Positions 9,601 through 24,600 of a stretch of DNA of 64,000 bases are shown here, piece after piece. A model generated the notes under the pieces. The model did not search any database. It had not been told where the DNA came from and saw only the letters and a list, made by a program, of their open reading frames with translations. Both the position numbers and the translations under genes were made by a program. Every line of letters begins with the position of its first letter. Position 1 is the stretch's first letter. The DNA comes from Eledone cirrhosa (taxonomy: Eukaryota): positions 5,208,001 through 5,272,000 of the forward strand of contig OZ024744.1 of NCBI GenBank assembly GCA_964016885.1, given 5' to 3'.

Positions 9601-12600
9601 TTGGTAGCAGAGGTCTATCTTGGTAGACAGTGGTGTTGGTAGCTGAGGTCTAACTTGGTAGACAGTGGTGTTGGTAGCAGAGGTCTATCTTAGTAGACAG
9701 TGGTTTGGTAGCAGAGGTCTACCTTGGTAGACAGTGGTGTCGGTAGCAGAGCTCTATCCTGGTAGACAGTGGTGTTGGTAGCAGAGGTCTATCTTGGTAG
9801 ACAGTGAGGTTGGTAGCAGAGGTCTATGTTGGTAGACAGTGGTGTCGGTAGCAGAGCTCTATCTTGGTAGACAGTGGTGTTGGTAGCAGAAGTCTATCAT
9901 GGTAGACAGTGAGGTTGGGAGCAGAGGTCTATGTTGGTAGACAGTGGTGTTGGTAGCAGAGGTCTATCTTGGTAGACAGTGGTGTTGGTAGCAGAGGTTT
10001 ATCTTGGTAGACAGTGGTGTTGGTAGCAGAGGTCTATGTTGGTAGACAGTGGTGTTGGTAGCAGAGGTATATCTTGGTAGGCAGTGGTGTTGGTAGCAGA
10101 GCTCTATCTTGGTAGACAGTGGTGTTGGTAGCAGAGGTCTATCTTGGTAGACAGTGGTGTTGGTAGCAGAGGTCTTTCTTGGTAGACAGTGGTGTTGGTA
10201 GCAGAGGTCTATGTTGGTAGAAAGTGAGGTTGGTAGCAGAGGTCTATCTTGGTAGACAATGAGGTTGGTAGCAGAGGTCTATGTTGGTAGACAGTGGTGT
10301 TGGTAGCATAGGTCTATCTTGGTAGACAGTGGTGTTGGTAGCAGAGGTCTATGTTGGTAGACAGTGGTGTTGGTAGTAGAGGTCTATCTTGGTAGACAGT
10401 GGTGTTGGTAGCAGATGTCTATCTTGGTAGACAGTGGTGTTGGTAGCAGAGGTCTATCTTGGTAGACAGTGGTGTTGGTAGCAAATATCTATCTTGGTAG
10501 ACAGTGTTGTTGGTAGCAGAGTTCTATGTTGGTAGACAGTGGTGTTGGTAGCAGAGGTCTATCTTGGTAGACAGTGAGGGTGGTTGCAGAGGTCTATCTT
10601 GGTAGACAGTGGTGTTGGTAGCAGAGGTCTATCTTGGTAGACAGTGAGGTTGGTATCAGAGGTCTATCTTGGTAGACAGGGAGGTTGGTAGCAGAGGTCT
10701 ATGTTGGTAGACAGTGGTGTTGGTAGCATAGGTCTATCTTGGTAGACAGTGGTGTTGGTAGCAGAGGTCTATGTTGGTAGACAGTGGTGTTGGTAGTAGA
10801 GGTCTATCTTGGTAGACAGTGGTGTTGGTAGCAGATGTCTATCTTGGTAGACAGTGGTGTTGGTAGCAGAGGTTAATCTTGGTAGACAGTGGTGTTGGTA
10901 GCAGAGGTCTATGTTGGTAGACAGTGGTGTTGATAGCAGAGGTTAATCTTGGTAGACAGTGGTGTTGGTAGGAGAGGTCTATCTTGGTAGACAGTGGTGT
11001 TGGTAGAAGAGGTCTATCTTGGTAGACAGTGGTGTTGGTAGCAGAGATCTATGTTGGTAGACAGTGGTGTTGGTAGCAGAGGTCTATCTTGGTAGACAGT
11101 GAAGTTGGTAGCAGAGGTCTATCTTGGTAGACAGTGAGGTTGGTAGCAGAGGTCTATCTTGGTAGACAGTGGTGTTGGTAGCAGAGGTCTATCTTGGTAG
11201 ACAGTGAGGTTGGTAACAGAGGTCTATCTTGGTAGACAGTGGTGTTGTAGCAGAGGTCTATCTCGGTAGACAGTGAAGTTGGTAGCAGAGGTCTATGCTG
11301 GTAGACAGTGGTGTTGGTAGCAGAGGTCTATCTTGGTAGACAGTGGTGTTGGTAGCAGAGGTCTATCTTGGTAGACAGTGCTGTTGGTAGCAGAGGTCTA
11401 TGTTGGTAGACAGTGAGGTTGGTAGCAGAGGTCTATCTTGGTAGACAGTGGTGTTGGTAGCAGAGGTCTATATTGGTAGACAGTGGTGTTGGTAGCAGAT
11501 GTCTATCTTGGTAGACAGTGGTGTTGGTAGCAGAGGTCTATCTTGGTAGACAGTGGTGGTGGTAGCAGAGGTCTATCTTGTTAGACAGTGTTGTTGGTAG
11601 CAGAGGTCTATCTTAGTAGACAGTGGTGTTGGTAGCAGAGGTCTATCCTGGTAGACAGTGGTGTTGGTAGCAGAGGTCTATCTTGGTAGACAGTAGTGTT
11701 GGTAGCAGAGGTCTATCTTGGTAGACAGTGGTGTTGGTAGCTGAGGTCTAACTTGGTAGACAGTGGTGTTGGTAGCAGAGGTCTATCTTAGTAGACAGTG
11801 GTGTTGGTAGCAGAGGTCTACCTTGGTAGACAGTGGTGTCGGTAGCAGAGCTCTATCCTGGTAGACAGTGGTGTTGGTAGCAGAGGTCTATCTTGGTAGA
11901 CAGTGAGGTTGGTAGCAGAGGTCTATGTTGGTAGACAGTGGTGTCGGTAGCAGAGCTCTATCTTGGTAGACAGTGGTGTTGGTAGCAGAAGTCTATCTTG
12001 GTAGACAGTGAGGTTGGGAGCAGAGGTCTATGTTGGTAGACAGTGGTGTTGGTAGCAGAGGTCTATCTTGGTAGACAGTGGTGTTGGTAGGAGAGGTTTA
12101 TCTTGGTAGACAGTGGTGTTGGTAGCAGAGGTCTATGTTGGTAGACAGTGGTGTTGGTAGCAGAGGTATATCTTGGTAGGCAGTGGTGTTGGTAGCAGAG
12201 CTCTATCTTGGTAGACAGTGGTGTTGGTAGCAGAGGTCTATCTTGGTAGACAGTGGTGTTGGTAGCAGAGGTCTATGTTAGTAGAAAGTGAGGTTGGTAG
12301 CAGAGGTCTATCTTGGTAGACAGTGAGGGTGGTAGCAGAGGTCTATCTTGGTAAACAGAGGTGTTGGTAGCAGAGGTCTATCTTGGTAGACAGTGAGGTT
12401 GGTATCAGAGGTCTATCTTGGTAGACAGTGAGGTTGGTAGCAGAGGTCTATGTTGGTAGACAGTGGTGTTGGTAGCATAGGTCTATCTTGGTAGACAGTG
12501 GTGTTGGTAGCAGAGGTCTATGTTGGTAGACAGTGGTGTTGGTAGTAGAGGTCTATCTTGGTAGACAGTGGTGTTGGTAGAAGATGTCTATCTTGGTAGA

Positions 12601-15600
12601 CAGTGGTGTTGGTAGCAGAGGTCTATCTTGGTAGACAGTGGTGTTGGTAGCAAATATCTATCTTGGTAGACAGTGGTGTTGGTAGCAGAGGTCTATGTTG
12701 GTAGACAGTGGTATTGGTAGCAGAGGTCTATCTTGGTAGACAGTGGTGTTGGTAGCAGAGGTCTATCTTGGTAGACAGTGGTGTTGGTAGCAGAGGTCTA
12801 TCTTGGTAGACAGTGGTGTTGGTAGCAGAGGTCTATCTTGGTAGACAGTGGTGTTGGTAGCAGAGGTCTATGTTGGTAGACAGTGAGGTTGGTAGCAGAG
12901 GTCTATGTTGGTAGACAGTGGTGTTGGTAGCAGAGGTCTATCTTGGTAGACAGTGGTGTTGGTAGAAGAGGTCTATGTTGGTAGACAGTGAGGTTGGTAG
13001 CAGAGGTCTATCTTGGTAGACAGTGAAGTTGGTAGCAGAGGTCTATCTTGGTAGACAGTGAGGGTGGTAGCAGAGGTCTATCTTGGTAGACAGTGGTGTT
13101 CGTAGCAGAGGTCTATCTTGGTAGACAGTGGTGTTGGTAGCAGAGGTCTAACTTGGTAGACAGTGAGGTTGGTAGCAGAGGTCTATCTTGGTAGACAGTG
13201 GTGTTGGTAGCAGAGGTCTATCTTGGTAGACAGTGGGGTGGGTAGCAGAGGTCTATGTTGGTAGACAGTGGTGTTGGTAGCAGAGGTCTATGTTGGTAGA
13301 CAGTGGTGTTGGTAGCAGAGGTCTATGTTGGTAGACAGTGGTGTTGGTAGCAGAGGTTAATCTTGGTAGACAGTGGTGTTGGTAGCAGAGATCTATCTTG
13401 GTAGACAGTAGTGTTGGTAGCAGAGGTCTATGTTGGTAGACAGTGGTGTTTGTAGCAGAGGTCTATGTTGGTAGACAGTGGTGTTGGAAGCAGAGGTCTA
13501 TCTTAGTAGACAGTGGTGTTGGTACTGAGGTCTATGTTGGTAGACAGTGAGGTTGGTAGCAGAGGTCTATATTGGTAGACAGTGAGGTTGGTAGCAGAGG
13601 TATATCTTGGTAGACAGTGAGGTTGGTAGCAGAGCTCTATCTTGGTAGACAGTGGTGTTGGTAGCAGAGGTCTATGTTGGTAGACAGTGGTGTTGGTAGC
13701 AGAGGTATATCTTGGTAGGCAGTGGTGTTGGTAGCAGAGCTCTATCTTGGTAGACAGTGGTGTTGGTAGCAGAGGTCTTTCTTGGTAGACAGTGGTGTTG
13801 CTAGCAGAGGTCTATGTTGGTAGAAAGTGAGGTTGGTAGCTGAGATCTATGTTGGTAGACAGTGGTTTTGGTAACAGAAGTCTATCTTGGTAGACAGTGA
13901 GGTTGGTAGCAGAGGTCTATCTTGGTAGACAGTGGTGTTGGTAGCAGAGGTCTATCTTGGTAGACAGTGGTGTTGGTAGCAGAGGTCTATCTTGGTAGAC
14001 AGTGGTGTTGGTAGCAGAAGTCTATCTTGGTAGACAGTGGTGTTGGTAGCAGAGGTCTATCTTGGTAGACAGTGGTGTTGCTAGCAGAGGTCTATCTTGG
14101 TAGACAGTGGTGTTGCTAGCAAAGGTCTATGTCGGTAGACAGTGAGGTTGGTAGCAGAGGTCTATCTTGGTAGACAGTGAGGGTGGTTGCAGAGGTCTAT
14201 CTTGGTAGACAGTGGTGTTGGTAGCAGAGGTCTAGCTTGGTAGACAGTGAGGTTGGTATCAGAGGTCTATCTTGGTAGACAGTGAGGTTGATAGCAGAGG
14301 TCTATGTTGGTAGACAGTGGTGTTGGTAGCATAGGTCTATCTTGGTAGACAGTGGTGTTGGTAGCAGAGGTCTATGTTGGTAGACAGTGGTGTTGGTAGT
14401 AGAGGTCTATCTTGGTAGACAGTGGTGTTGGTAGCAGATGTCTATCTTGGTAGACAGTGGTGTTGGTAGCAGAGGTCTATCTTGGTAGACAGTGGTGTTG
14501 GTAGCAGATATCTATCTTGGTAGACAGTGGTGTTGGTAGCAGAGGTCTATGTTGGTAGACAGTGGTGTTGGTAGCAGAGGTCTATCTTGGTAGTCAGTGG
14601 TGTTGGTAGCAGAGGTCTATCTTGGTAGACAGTGGTGTTGGTAGCAGAGGTCTATGTTGGTAGACAGTGAGGTTGGTAGCAGAGGTCTATCTTGGTAGAC
14701 AGTGGTGTTGGTAGCAGAGGTCTATGTTGGTAGACAGTGGTGTTGGTAGCAGAGGTCTATCTTGGTAGATAGTGAGGTTGGTAGTAGAGGTCTATGTTGG
14801 TAGACATTGGTGTTGGTAGCAGAGTTCTATCTTGGTAGACAGTGGTGTTGGTAGCAGAGGTCTATGTTGGTAGACAGTGGTGTTGGTAATAGAGGTCTAT
14901 CTTGGTAGACAGTGGTGTTGGTAGCAGATGTCTATCTTGGTAGACAGTGGTGTTGGTACCAGAGGTCTATCTTGGTAGACAGTGGTGTTGGTAGGAGAGG
15001 TCTATCTTGGTAGACAGTGGTGTTGGTAGGAGAGGTCTATCTTGGTAGAAAGTGGTGTTGGTAGGAGAGGTCTATCTTGGTAGACAGTGGTGTTGGTAGC
15101 AGAGGTCTATCTTGGTAGACAGTGGTGTTGGTAGCAGAGGTCTATATTGGTAGACAGTGGTGTTGGTAGCAGATGTCTATCTTGGTAGACAGTGGTGTTG
15201 GTAGCAGAGGTCTATCTTGGTAGACAGTGGTGGTGGTAGCAGAGGTCTATCTTGTTAGACAGTGTTGTTGGTAGCAGAGGTCTATCTTAGTAGACAGTGG
15301 TGTTGGTAGCAGAGGTCTATCCTGGTAGACAGTGGTGTTGGTAGCAGAGGTCTATCTTGGTAGACAGTAGTGTTGGTAGCAGAGGTCTATCTTGGTAGAC
15401 AGTGGTGTTGGTAGCTGAGGTCTAACTTGGTAGACAGTGGTGTTGGTAGCAGAGGTCTATCTTAGTAGACAGTGGTTTGGTAGCAGAGGTCTACCTTGGT
15501 AGACAGTGGTGTCGGTAGCAGAGCTCTATCCTGGTAGACAGTGGTGTTGGTAGCAGAGGTCTATCTTGGTAGACAGTGAGGTTGGTAGCAGAGGTCTATG

Positions 15601-18600
15601 TTGGTAGACAGTGGTGTCGGTAGCAGAGCTCTATCTTGGTAGACAGTGGTGTTGGTAGCAGAAGTCTATCATGGTAGACAGTGAGGTTGGGAGCAGAGGT
15701 CTATGTTGGTAGACAGTGGTGTTGGTAGCAGAGGTCTATCTTGGTAGACAGTGGTGTTGGTAGCAGAGGTTTATCTTGGTAGACAGTGGTGTTGGTAGCA
15801 GAGGTCTATGTTGGTAGACAGTGGTGTTGGTAGCAGAGGTATATCTTGGTAGGCAGTGGTGTTGGTAGCAGAGCTCTATCTTGGTAGACAGTGGTGTTAG
15901 TAGCAGAGGTCTATCTTGGTAGACAGTGGTGTTGGTAGCAGAGGTCTTTCTTGGTAGACAGTGGTGTTGGTAGCAGAGGTCTATGTTGGTAGAAAGTGAG
16001 GTTGGTAGCAGAGGTCTATCTTGGTAGACAATGAGGTTGGTAGCAGAGGTCTATGTTGGTAGACAGTGGTGTTGGTAGCATAGGTCTATCTTGGTAGACA
16101 GTGGTGTTGGTAGCAGAGGTCTATGTTGGTAGACAGTGGTGTTGGTAGTAGAGGTCTATCTTGGTAGACAGTGGTGTTGGTAGCAGATGTCTATCTTGGT
16201 AGACAGTGGTGTTGGTAGCAGAGGTCTATCTTGGTAGACAGTGGTGTTGGTAGCAAATATCTATCTTGGTAGACAGTGTTGTTGGTAGCAGAGTTCTATG
16301 TTGGTAGACAGTGGTGTTGGTAGCAGAGGTCTATCTTGGTAGACAGTGAGGGTGGTTGCAGAGGTCTATCTTGGTAGACAGTGGTGTTGGTAGCAGAGGT
16401 CTATCTTGGTAGACAGTGAGGTTGGTATCAGAGGTCTATCTTGGTAGACAGGGAGGTTGGTAGCAGAGGTCTATGTTGGTAGACAGTGGTGTTGGTAGCA
16501 TAGGTCTATCTTGGTAGACAGTGGTGTTGGTAGCAGAGGTCTATGTTGGTAGACAGTGGTGTTGGTAGTAGAGGTCTATCTTGGTAGACAGTGGTGTTGG
16601 TAGCAGATGTCTATCTTGGTAGACAGTGGTGTTGGTAGCAGAGGTTAATCTTGGTAGACAGTGGTGTTGGTAGCAGAGGTCTATGTTGGTAGACAGTGGT
16701 GTTGATAGCAGAGGTTAATCTTGGTAGACAGTGGTGTTGGTAGCAGAGGTCTATCTTGGTAGACAGTGGTGTTGGTAGAAGAGGTCTATCTTGGTAGACA
16801 GTGGTGTTGGTAGCAGAGATCTATGTTGGTAGACAGTGGTGTTGGTAGCAGAGGTCTATCTTAGTAGACAGTGGTGTTGGTAGCAGAGGTCTATCTTGGT
16901 AGACAGTGAAGTTGGTAGCAGAGGTCTATCTTGGTAGACAGTGAGGTTGGTAGCAGAGGTCTATCTTGGTAGACAGTGGTGTTGGTAGCAGAGGTCTATC
17001 TTGGTAGACAGTGAGGTTGGTAACAGAGGTCTATCTTGGTAGACAGTGGTGTTGTAGCAGAGGTCTATCTCGGTAGACAGTGAAGTTGGTAGCAGAGGTC
17101 TATGCTGGTAGACAGTGGTGTTGGTAGCAGAGGTCTATCTTGGTAGACAGTGGTGTTGGTAGCAGAGGTCTATCTTGGTAGACAGTGCTGTTGGTAGCAG
17201 AGGTCTATGTTGGTAGACAGTGAGGTTGGTAGCAGAGGTCTATCTTGGTAGATAGTGATGTTGGTAGCAGAGGTCTATCTTGGTAGACAGTGAGGTTGGT
17301 ATGAGAGGTCTATCTTGGTAGACAGTGGTGTTGGTAGCAGAGGTCTATGTTGGTAGACAGTGGTGTTGGTAGCAGAGGTCTATCTTGGTAGATAGTGAGG
17401 TTGGTAGTAGAGGTCTATGTTGGTAGACATTGGTGTTGGTAGCATAGTTCTATCTTGGTAGACAGTGGTGTTGGTAATAGAGGTCTATCTTGGTAGACAG
17501 TGGTGTTGGTAGCAGATGTCTATCTTGGTAGACAGTGGTGTTGGTAGCAGAGGTCTATCTTGGTAGACAGTGGTGTTGGTAGCCGAGGTCTATCTTGGTA
17601 GACAGTGGTGTTGGTAGCAGAGGTTTATCTTGGTAGACAGTGGTGTTGGTAGCATATGTCTATCTTGGTAGACAGTGGTGTTGGTAGCAGAGGTCTTTCT
17701 TGGTAGACAGTGGTGTTGGTAGCAGAGGTCTATGTTGGTAGAAAGTGAGGTTGGTAGCAGAGGTCTATCTTGGTAGACAGTGGTGTTGGTAGCAGAGGTC
17801 TATCTTGGTAGACAGTGATGTTGGTAGAAGAGGTCTATGTTGGTAGAAAGTGAGGTTGGTAGCAGAGGTCTATCTTGGTAGACAGTGGTGTTGGTAGCAG
17901 AGGTTTATATTGGTAGACAGTGGTGTTGGTAGCAGAGGTTTATCTTGGTAGACATTGAGGTTGGTAGCAGAGGTCTATCTTGGTAGACAGTGGTATTGGT
18001 AGCAGAGGTCTATGTTGGTAGACAGTGGAGTTGGTAGCAGAGGTCTATCTTGGTAGACAGTGGTGTTGGTAGCAGAGGTCTATATTGGTAGACAGTGGTG
18101 TTGGTAGCAGAGGTCTATCTTGGTAGACAGTGAGGTTGGTAGCAGAGGTCTATCTTCGTAGACAGTGAGGTTGGTAGCAGAGGTCTATCTTGGTAGACAG
18201 TGGTGTTGGTAGCAGAGGTCTATGTTGGTAGACAGTGAGGGTGGTAGCAGAGGTCTACCTTGGTAGACAGTGGTGTTCGTAGCAGAGGTCTATCTTGGTA
18301 GACAGTGGTGTTGGTAGCAGAGGTCTATCTTGGTAGACAGTGAGGTTGGTAGCAGAGGTCTATCTTGGTAGACAGTGGTGTTGGTAGCAGAGGTCTATCT
18401 TGGTAGACAGTGGGGTGGGTAGCAGAGGTCTATCTTGGTAGACAGTGGTGTTGGTAGCAGAGGTCTATCTTGGTAGACAGTGGTGTTGGTAGCAGAGGTC
18501 TATGTTGGTAGACAGTGGTGTTGGTAGCAGAGGTTAATCTTGGTAGACAGTGGTGTTGGTAGCAGAGGTCTATCTTGGTAGACAGTGGTGTTGGTAGCAG

Positions 18601-21600
18601 AGATATATCTTGGTAGACAGTAGTGTTGGTAGCAGAGGTCTATGTTGGTAGACAGTGGTGTTTGTAGCAGAGGTCTATGTTGGTAGACAGTGGTGTTGGA
18701 AGCAGAGGTCTATCTTAGTAGACAGTGGTGTTGGTACATAGGTCTATGTTGGTAGACAGTGAGGTTGGTAGCAGAGGTCTATATTGGTAGACAGTGAGGT
18801 TGGTAGCAGAGGTCTATCTTGGTAGACAGTGAGGTTGGTAGCAGAGCTCTATCTTGGTAGAAAGTGGTGTTGGTAGCAGAGGTCTATGTTGGTAGACAGT
18901 GGTGTTGGTAGCAGAGGTTTATCTTGGTAGACAGTGGTGTTGGTAGCAGAGGTCTATGTTGGTAGACAGTGGTGTTGGTAGCAGAGGTATATCTTGGTAG
19001 GCAGTGGTGTTGGTAGCAGAGCTCTATCTTGGTAGACAGTGGTGTTGGTAGCAGAGGTCTTTCTTGGTAGACAGTGGTGTTGCTAGCAGAGGTCTATGTT
19101 GGTAGAAAGTGAGGTTGGTAGCTGAGGTCTATGTTGGTAGACAGTGGTGTTGGTAGCAGAAGTCTATCTTGGTAGACAGTGAAGTTGGTAGCAGAGGTCT
19201 ATGTTGGTAGACATTGGTGTTGGTAGCAGAGTTCTATCTTGGTAGACAGTGGTGTTGGTAGCAGAGGTCTATGTTGGTAGACAGTGGTGTTGGTAATAGA
19301 GGTCTATCTTGGTAGACAGTGGTGTTGGTAGCAGATGTCTATCTTGGTAGACAGTGGTGTTGGTAGCAGAGGTCTATCTTGGTAGACAGTGGTGTTGGTA
19401 GCAGAGGTCGATCTTGGTAGACAGTGGTGTTGGTAGCAGAGGTCTATCTTGGTAGACAGTGGTGTTGGTAGCAGATGTCTATCTTGGTAGACAGTGGTGT
19501 TGGTAGCAGAGATCTATCTTGGTAGACAGTGGTGTTGGTAGCAGAGGTCGATCTTGGTAGACAGTGGTGTTGGTAGCAGAGGTCGATCTTGGTAGACAGT
19601 GGTGTTGGTAGCAGAGGTCTATCTTGGTAGACAGTGGTGTTGGTAGCAGAGGTCTATGTTGGTAGACAGTGGTGTTGGTAGCAGAGGTATATCTTGGTAG
19701 GCAGTGGTGTTGGTAGCAGAGCTCTATCTTGGTAGACAGTGGTGTTGGTAGCAGAGGTCTATCTTGGTAGACAGTGGTGTTGGTAGCAGAGGTCTTTCTT
19801 GGTAGACAGTGATGTTGGTAGCAGAGGTCTATGTTGGTAGAAAGTGAGGTTGGTAGCAGAGGTCTATCTTGGTAGAAAGTGGTGTTGGTAGGAGAGGTCT
19901 ATCTTGGTAGACAGTGGTGTTGGTAGCAGAGGTCTATCTTGGTAGACAGTGGTGTTGGTAGCAGAGGTCTATATTGGTAGACAGTGGTGTTGGTAGCAGA
20001 TGTCTATCTTGGTAGACAGTGGTGTTGGTAGCAGAGGTCTATCTTGGTAGACAGTGGTGGTGGTAGCAGAGGTCTATCTTGTTAGACAGTGTTGTTGGTA
20101 GCAGAGGTCTATCTTAGTAGACAGTGGTGTTGGTAGCAGAGGTCTATCCTGGTAGACAGTGGTGTTGGTAGCAGAGGTCTATCTTGGTAGACAGTAGTGT
20201 TGGTAGCAGAGGTCTATCTTGGTAGACAGGGGTGTTGGTAGCTGAGGTCTAACTTGGTAGACAGTGGTGTTGGTAGCAGAGGTCTATCTTAGTAGACAGT
20301 GGTGTTGGTAGCAGAGGTCTACCTTGGTAGACAGTGGTGTCGGTAGCAGAGCTCTATCCTGGTAGACAGTGGTGTTGGTAGCAGAGGTCTATCTTGGTAG
20401 ACAGTGAGGTTGGTAGCAGAGGTCTATGTTGGTAGACAGTGGTGTCGGTAGCAGAGCTCTATCTTGGTAGACAGTGGTGTTGGTAGCAGAAGTCTATCTT
20501 GGTAGACAGTGAGGTTGGGAGCAGAGGTCTATGTTGGTAGACAGTGGTGTTGGTAGCAGAGGTCTATCTTGGTAGACAGTGGTGTTGGTAGGAGAGGTTT
20601 ATCTTGGTAGACAGTGGTGTTGGTAGCAGAGGTCTATGTTGGTAGACAGTGGTGTTGGTAGCAGAGGTATATCTTGGTAGGCAGTGGTGTTGGTAGCAGA
20701 GCTCTATCTTGGTAGACAGTGGTGTTGGTAGCAGAGGTCTATCTTGGTAGACAGTGGTGTTGGTAGCAGAGGTCTATGTTAGTAGAAAGTGAGGTTGGTA
20801 GCAGAGGTCTATCTTGGTAGACAGTGAGGGTGGTAGCAGAGGTCTATCTTGGTAAACAGAGGTGTTGGTAGCAGAGGTCTATCTTGGTAGACAGTGAGGT
20901 TGGTATCAGAGGTCTATCTTGGTAGACAGTGAGGTTGGTAGCAGAGGTCTATGTTGGTAGACAGTGGTGTTGGTAGCATAGGTCTATCTTGGTAGACAGT
21001 GGTGTTGGTAGCAGAGGTCTATGTTGGTAGACAGTGGTGTTGGTAGTAGAGGTCTATCTTGGTAGACAGTGGTGTTGGTAGCAGATGTCTATCTTGGTAG
21101 ACAGTGGTGTTGGTAGCAGAGGTCTATCTTGGTAGACAGTGGTGTTGGTAGCAAATATCTATCTTGGTAGACAGTGGTGTTGGTAGCAGAGGTCTATGTT
21201 GGTAGACAGTGGTGTTGGTAGCAGAGGTCTATCTTGGTAGACAGTGGTGTTGGTAGCAGAGGTCTATGTTGGTAGACAGTGGTGTTGGTAGCAGAGGTCT
21301 ATCTTGGTAGACAGTGGTGTTGGTAGCAGAGGTCTATCTTGGTAGACAGTGGTGTTGGTAGCAGAGGTCTATGTTGGTAGACAGTGAGGTTGGTAGCAGA
21401 GGTCTATGTTGGTAGACAGTGGTGTTGGTAGCAGAGGTCTATCTTGGTAGACAGTGGTGTTGGTAGAAGAGGTCTATGTTGGTAGACAGTGAGGTTGGTA
21501 GCAGAGGTCTATCTTGGTAGACAGTGAAGTTGGTAGCAGAGGTCTATCTTGGTAGACAGTGAGGGTGGTAGCAGAGGTCTATCTTGGTAGACAGTGGTGT

Positions 21601-24600
21601 TCGTAGCAGAGGTCTATCTTGGTAGACAGTGGTGTTGGTAGCAGAGGTCTAACTTGGTAGACAGTGAGGTTGGTAGCAGAGGTCTATCTTGGTAGACAGT
21701 GGTGTTGGTAGCAGAGGTCTATCTTGGTAGACAGTGGGGTGGGTAGCAGAGGTCTATGTTGGTAGACAGTGGTGTTGGTAGCAGAGGTCTATGTTGGTAG
21801 ACAGTGGTGTTGGTAGCAGAGGTCTATGTTGGTAGACAGTGGTGTTGGTAGCAGAGGTTAATTTTGGTAGACAGTGGTGTTGGTAGCAGAGATCTATCTT
21901 GGTAGACAGTAGTGTTGGTAGCAGAGGTCTATGTTGGTAGACAGTGGTGTTTGTAGCAGAGGTCTATGTTGGTAGACAGTGGTGTTGGAAGCAGAGGTCT
22001 ATCTTAGTAGACAGTGGTGTTGGTACTGAGGTCTATGTTGGTAGACAGTGAGGTTGGTAGCAGAGGTCTATATTGGTAGACAGTGAGGTTGGTAGCAGAG
22101 GTATATCTTGGTAGACAGTGAGGTTGGTAGCAGAGCTCTATCTTGGTAGACAGTGGTGTTGGTAGCAGAGGTCTATCTTGGTAGACAGTGGTGTTGGTAG
22201 CAGAGGTCTATCTTGGTAGACAGTGGTGTTGGTAGCAGAGGTCTATGTTGGTAGACAGTGGTGTTGGTAGCAGAGGTATATCTTGGTAGGCAGTGGTGTT
22301 GGTAGCAGAGCTCTATCTTGGTAGACAGTGGTGTTGGTAGCAGAGGTCTTTCTTGGTAGACAGTGGTGTTGCTAGCAGAGGTCTATGTTGGTAGAAAGTG
22401 AGGTTGGTAGCTGAGATCTATGTTGGTAGACAGTGGTTTTGGTAGCAGAAGTCTATCTTGGTAGACAGTGAGGTTGGTAGCAGAGGTCTATCTTGGTAGA
22501 CAGTGGTGTTGGTAGCAGAGGTCTATCTTGGTAGACAGTGGTGTTGGTAGCAGAGGTCTATCTTGGTAGACAGTGGTGTTGGTAGCAGAAGTCTATCTTG
22601 GTAGACAGTGGTGTTGGTAGCAGAGGTCTATCTTGGTAGACAGTGGTGTTGCTAGCAGAGGTCTATCTTGGTAGACAGTGGTGTTGCTAGCAAAGGTCTA
22701 TGTTGGTAGACAGTGAGGTTGGTAGCAGAGGTCTATCTTGGTAGACAGTGAGGGTGGTTGCAGAGGTCTATCTTGGTAGACAGTGGTGTTGGTAGCAGAG
22801 GTCTAGCTTGGTAGACAGTGAGGTTGGTATCAGAGGTCTATCTTGGTAGACAGTGAGGTTGGTAGCAGAGGTCTATGTTGGTAGACAGTGGTGTTGGTAG
22901 CATAGGCCTATCTTGGTAGACAGTGGTGTTGGTAGCAGAGGTCTATGTTGGTAGACAGTGGTGTTGGTAGTAGAGGTCTATCTTGGTAGACAGTGGTGTT
23001 GGTAGCAGATGTCTATCTTGGTAGACAGTGGTGTTGGTAGCAGAGGTCTATCTTGGTAGACAGTGGTGTTGGTAGCAGATATCTATCTTGGTAGACAGTG
23101 GTGTTGGTAGCAGAGGTCTATGTTGGTAGACAGTGGTGTTGGTAGCAGAGGTCTATCTTGGTAGTCAGTGGTGTTGGTAGCAGAGGTCTATCTTGGTAGA
23201 CAGTGGTGTTGGTAGCAGATGTCTATGTTGGTAGACAGTGAGGTTGGTAGCAGAGGTCTATCTTGGTAGACAGTGGTGTTGGTAGCAGAGGTCTATGTTG
23301 GTAGACAGTGGTGTTGGTAGCAGAGGTCTATCTTGGTAGATAGTGAGGTTGGTAGTAGAGGTCTATGTTGGTAGACATTGGTGTTGGTAGCAGAGTTCTA
23401 TCTTGGTAGACAGTGGTGTTGGTAGCAGAGGTCTATGTTGGTAGACAGTGGTGTTGGTAATAGAGGTCTATCTTGGTAGACAGTGGTGTTGGTAGCAGAT
23501 GTCTATCTTGGTAGACAGTGGTGTTGGTACCAGAGGTCTATCTTGGTAGACAGTGGTGTTGGTAGGAGAGGTCTATCTTGGTAGACAGTGGTGTTGGTAG
23601 CAGAGGTCTATCTTGGTAGAAAGTGGTGTTGGTAGGAGAGGTCTATCTTGGTAGACAGTGGTGTTGGTAGCAGAGGTCTATCTTGGTAGACAGTGGTGTT
23701 GGTAGCAGAGGTCTATATTGGTAGACAGTGGTGTTGGTAGCAGATGTCTATCTTGGTAGACAGTGGTGTTGGTAGCAGAGGTCTATCTTGGTAGACAGTG
23801 GTGGTGGTAGCAGAGGTCTATCTTGTTAGACAGTGTTGTTGGTAGCAGAGGTCTATCTTAGTAGACAGTGGTGTTGGTAGCAGAGGTCTATCCGGGTAGA
23901 CAGTGGTGTTGGTAGCAGAGGTCTATCTTGGTAGACAGTAGTGTTGGTAGCAGAGGTCTATCTTGGTAGACAGTGGTGTTGGTAGCTGAGGTCTAACTTG
24001 GTAGACAGTGGTGTTGGTAGCAGAGGTCTATCTTAGTAGACAGTGGTTTGGTAGCAGAGGCCTACCTTGGTAGACAGTGGTGTCGGTAGCAGAGCTCTAT
24101 CCTGGTAGACAGTGGTGTTGGTAGCAGAGGTCTATCTTGGTAGACAGTGAGGTTGGTAGCAGAGGTCTATGTTGGTAGACAGTGGTGTCGGTAGCAGAGC
24201 TCTATCTTGGTAGACAGTGGTGTTGGTAGCAGAAGTCTATCATGGTAGACAGTGAGGTTGGGAGCAGAGGTCTATGTTGGTAGACAGTGGTGTTGGTAGC
24301 AGAGGTCTATCTTGGTAGACAGTGGTGTTGGTAGCAGAGGTTTATCTTGGTAGACAGTGGTGTTGGTAGCAGAGGTCTATGTTGGTAGACAGTGGTGTTG
24401 GTAGCAGAGGTATATCTTGGTAGGCAGTGGTGTTGGTAGCAGAGCTCTATCTTGGTAGACAGTGGTGTTGGTAGCAGAGGTCTATTTTGGTAGACAGTGG
24501 TGTTGGTAGCAGAGGTCTTTCTTGGTAGACAGTGGTGTTGGTAGCAGAGGTCTATGTTGGTAGAAAGTGAGGTTGGTAGCAGAGGTCTATCTTGGTAGAC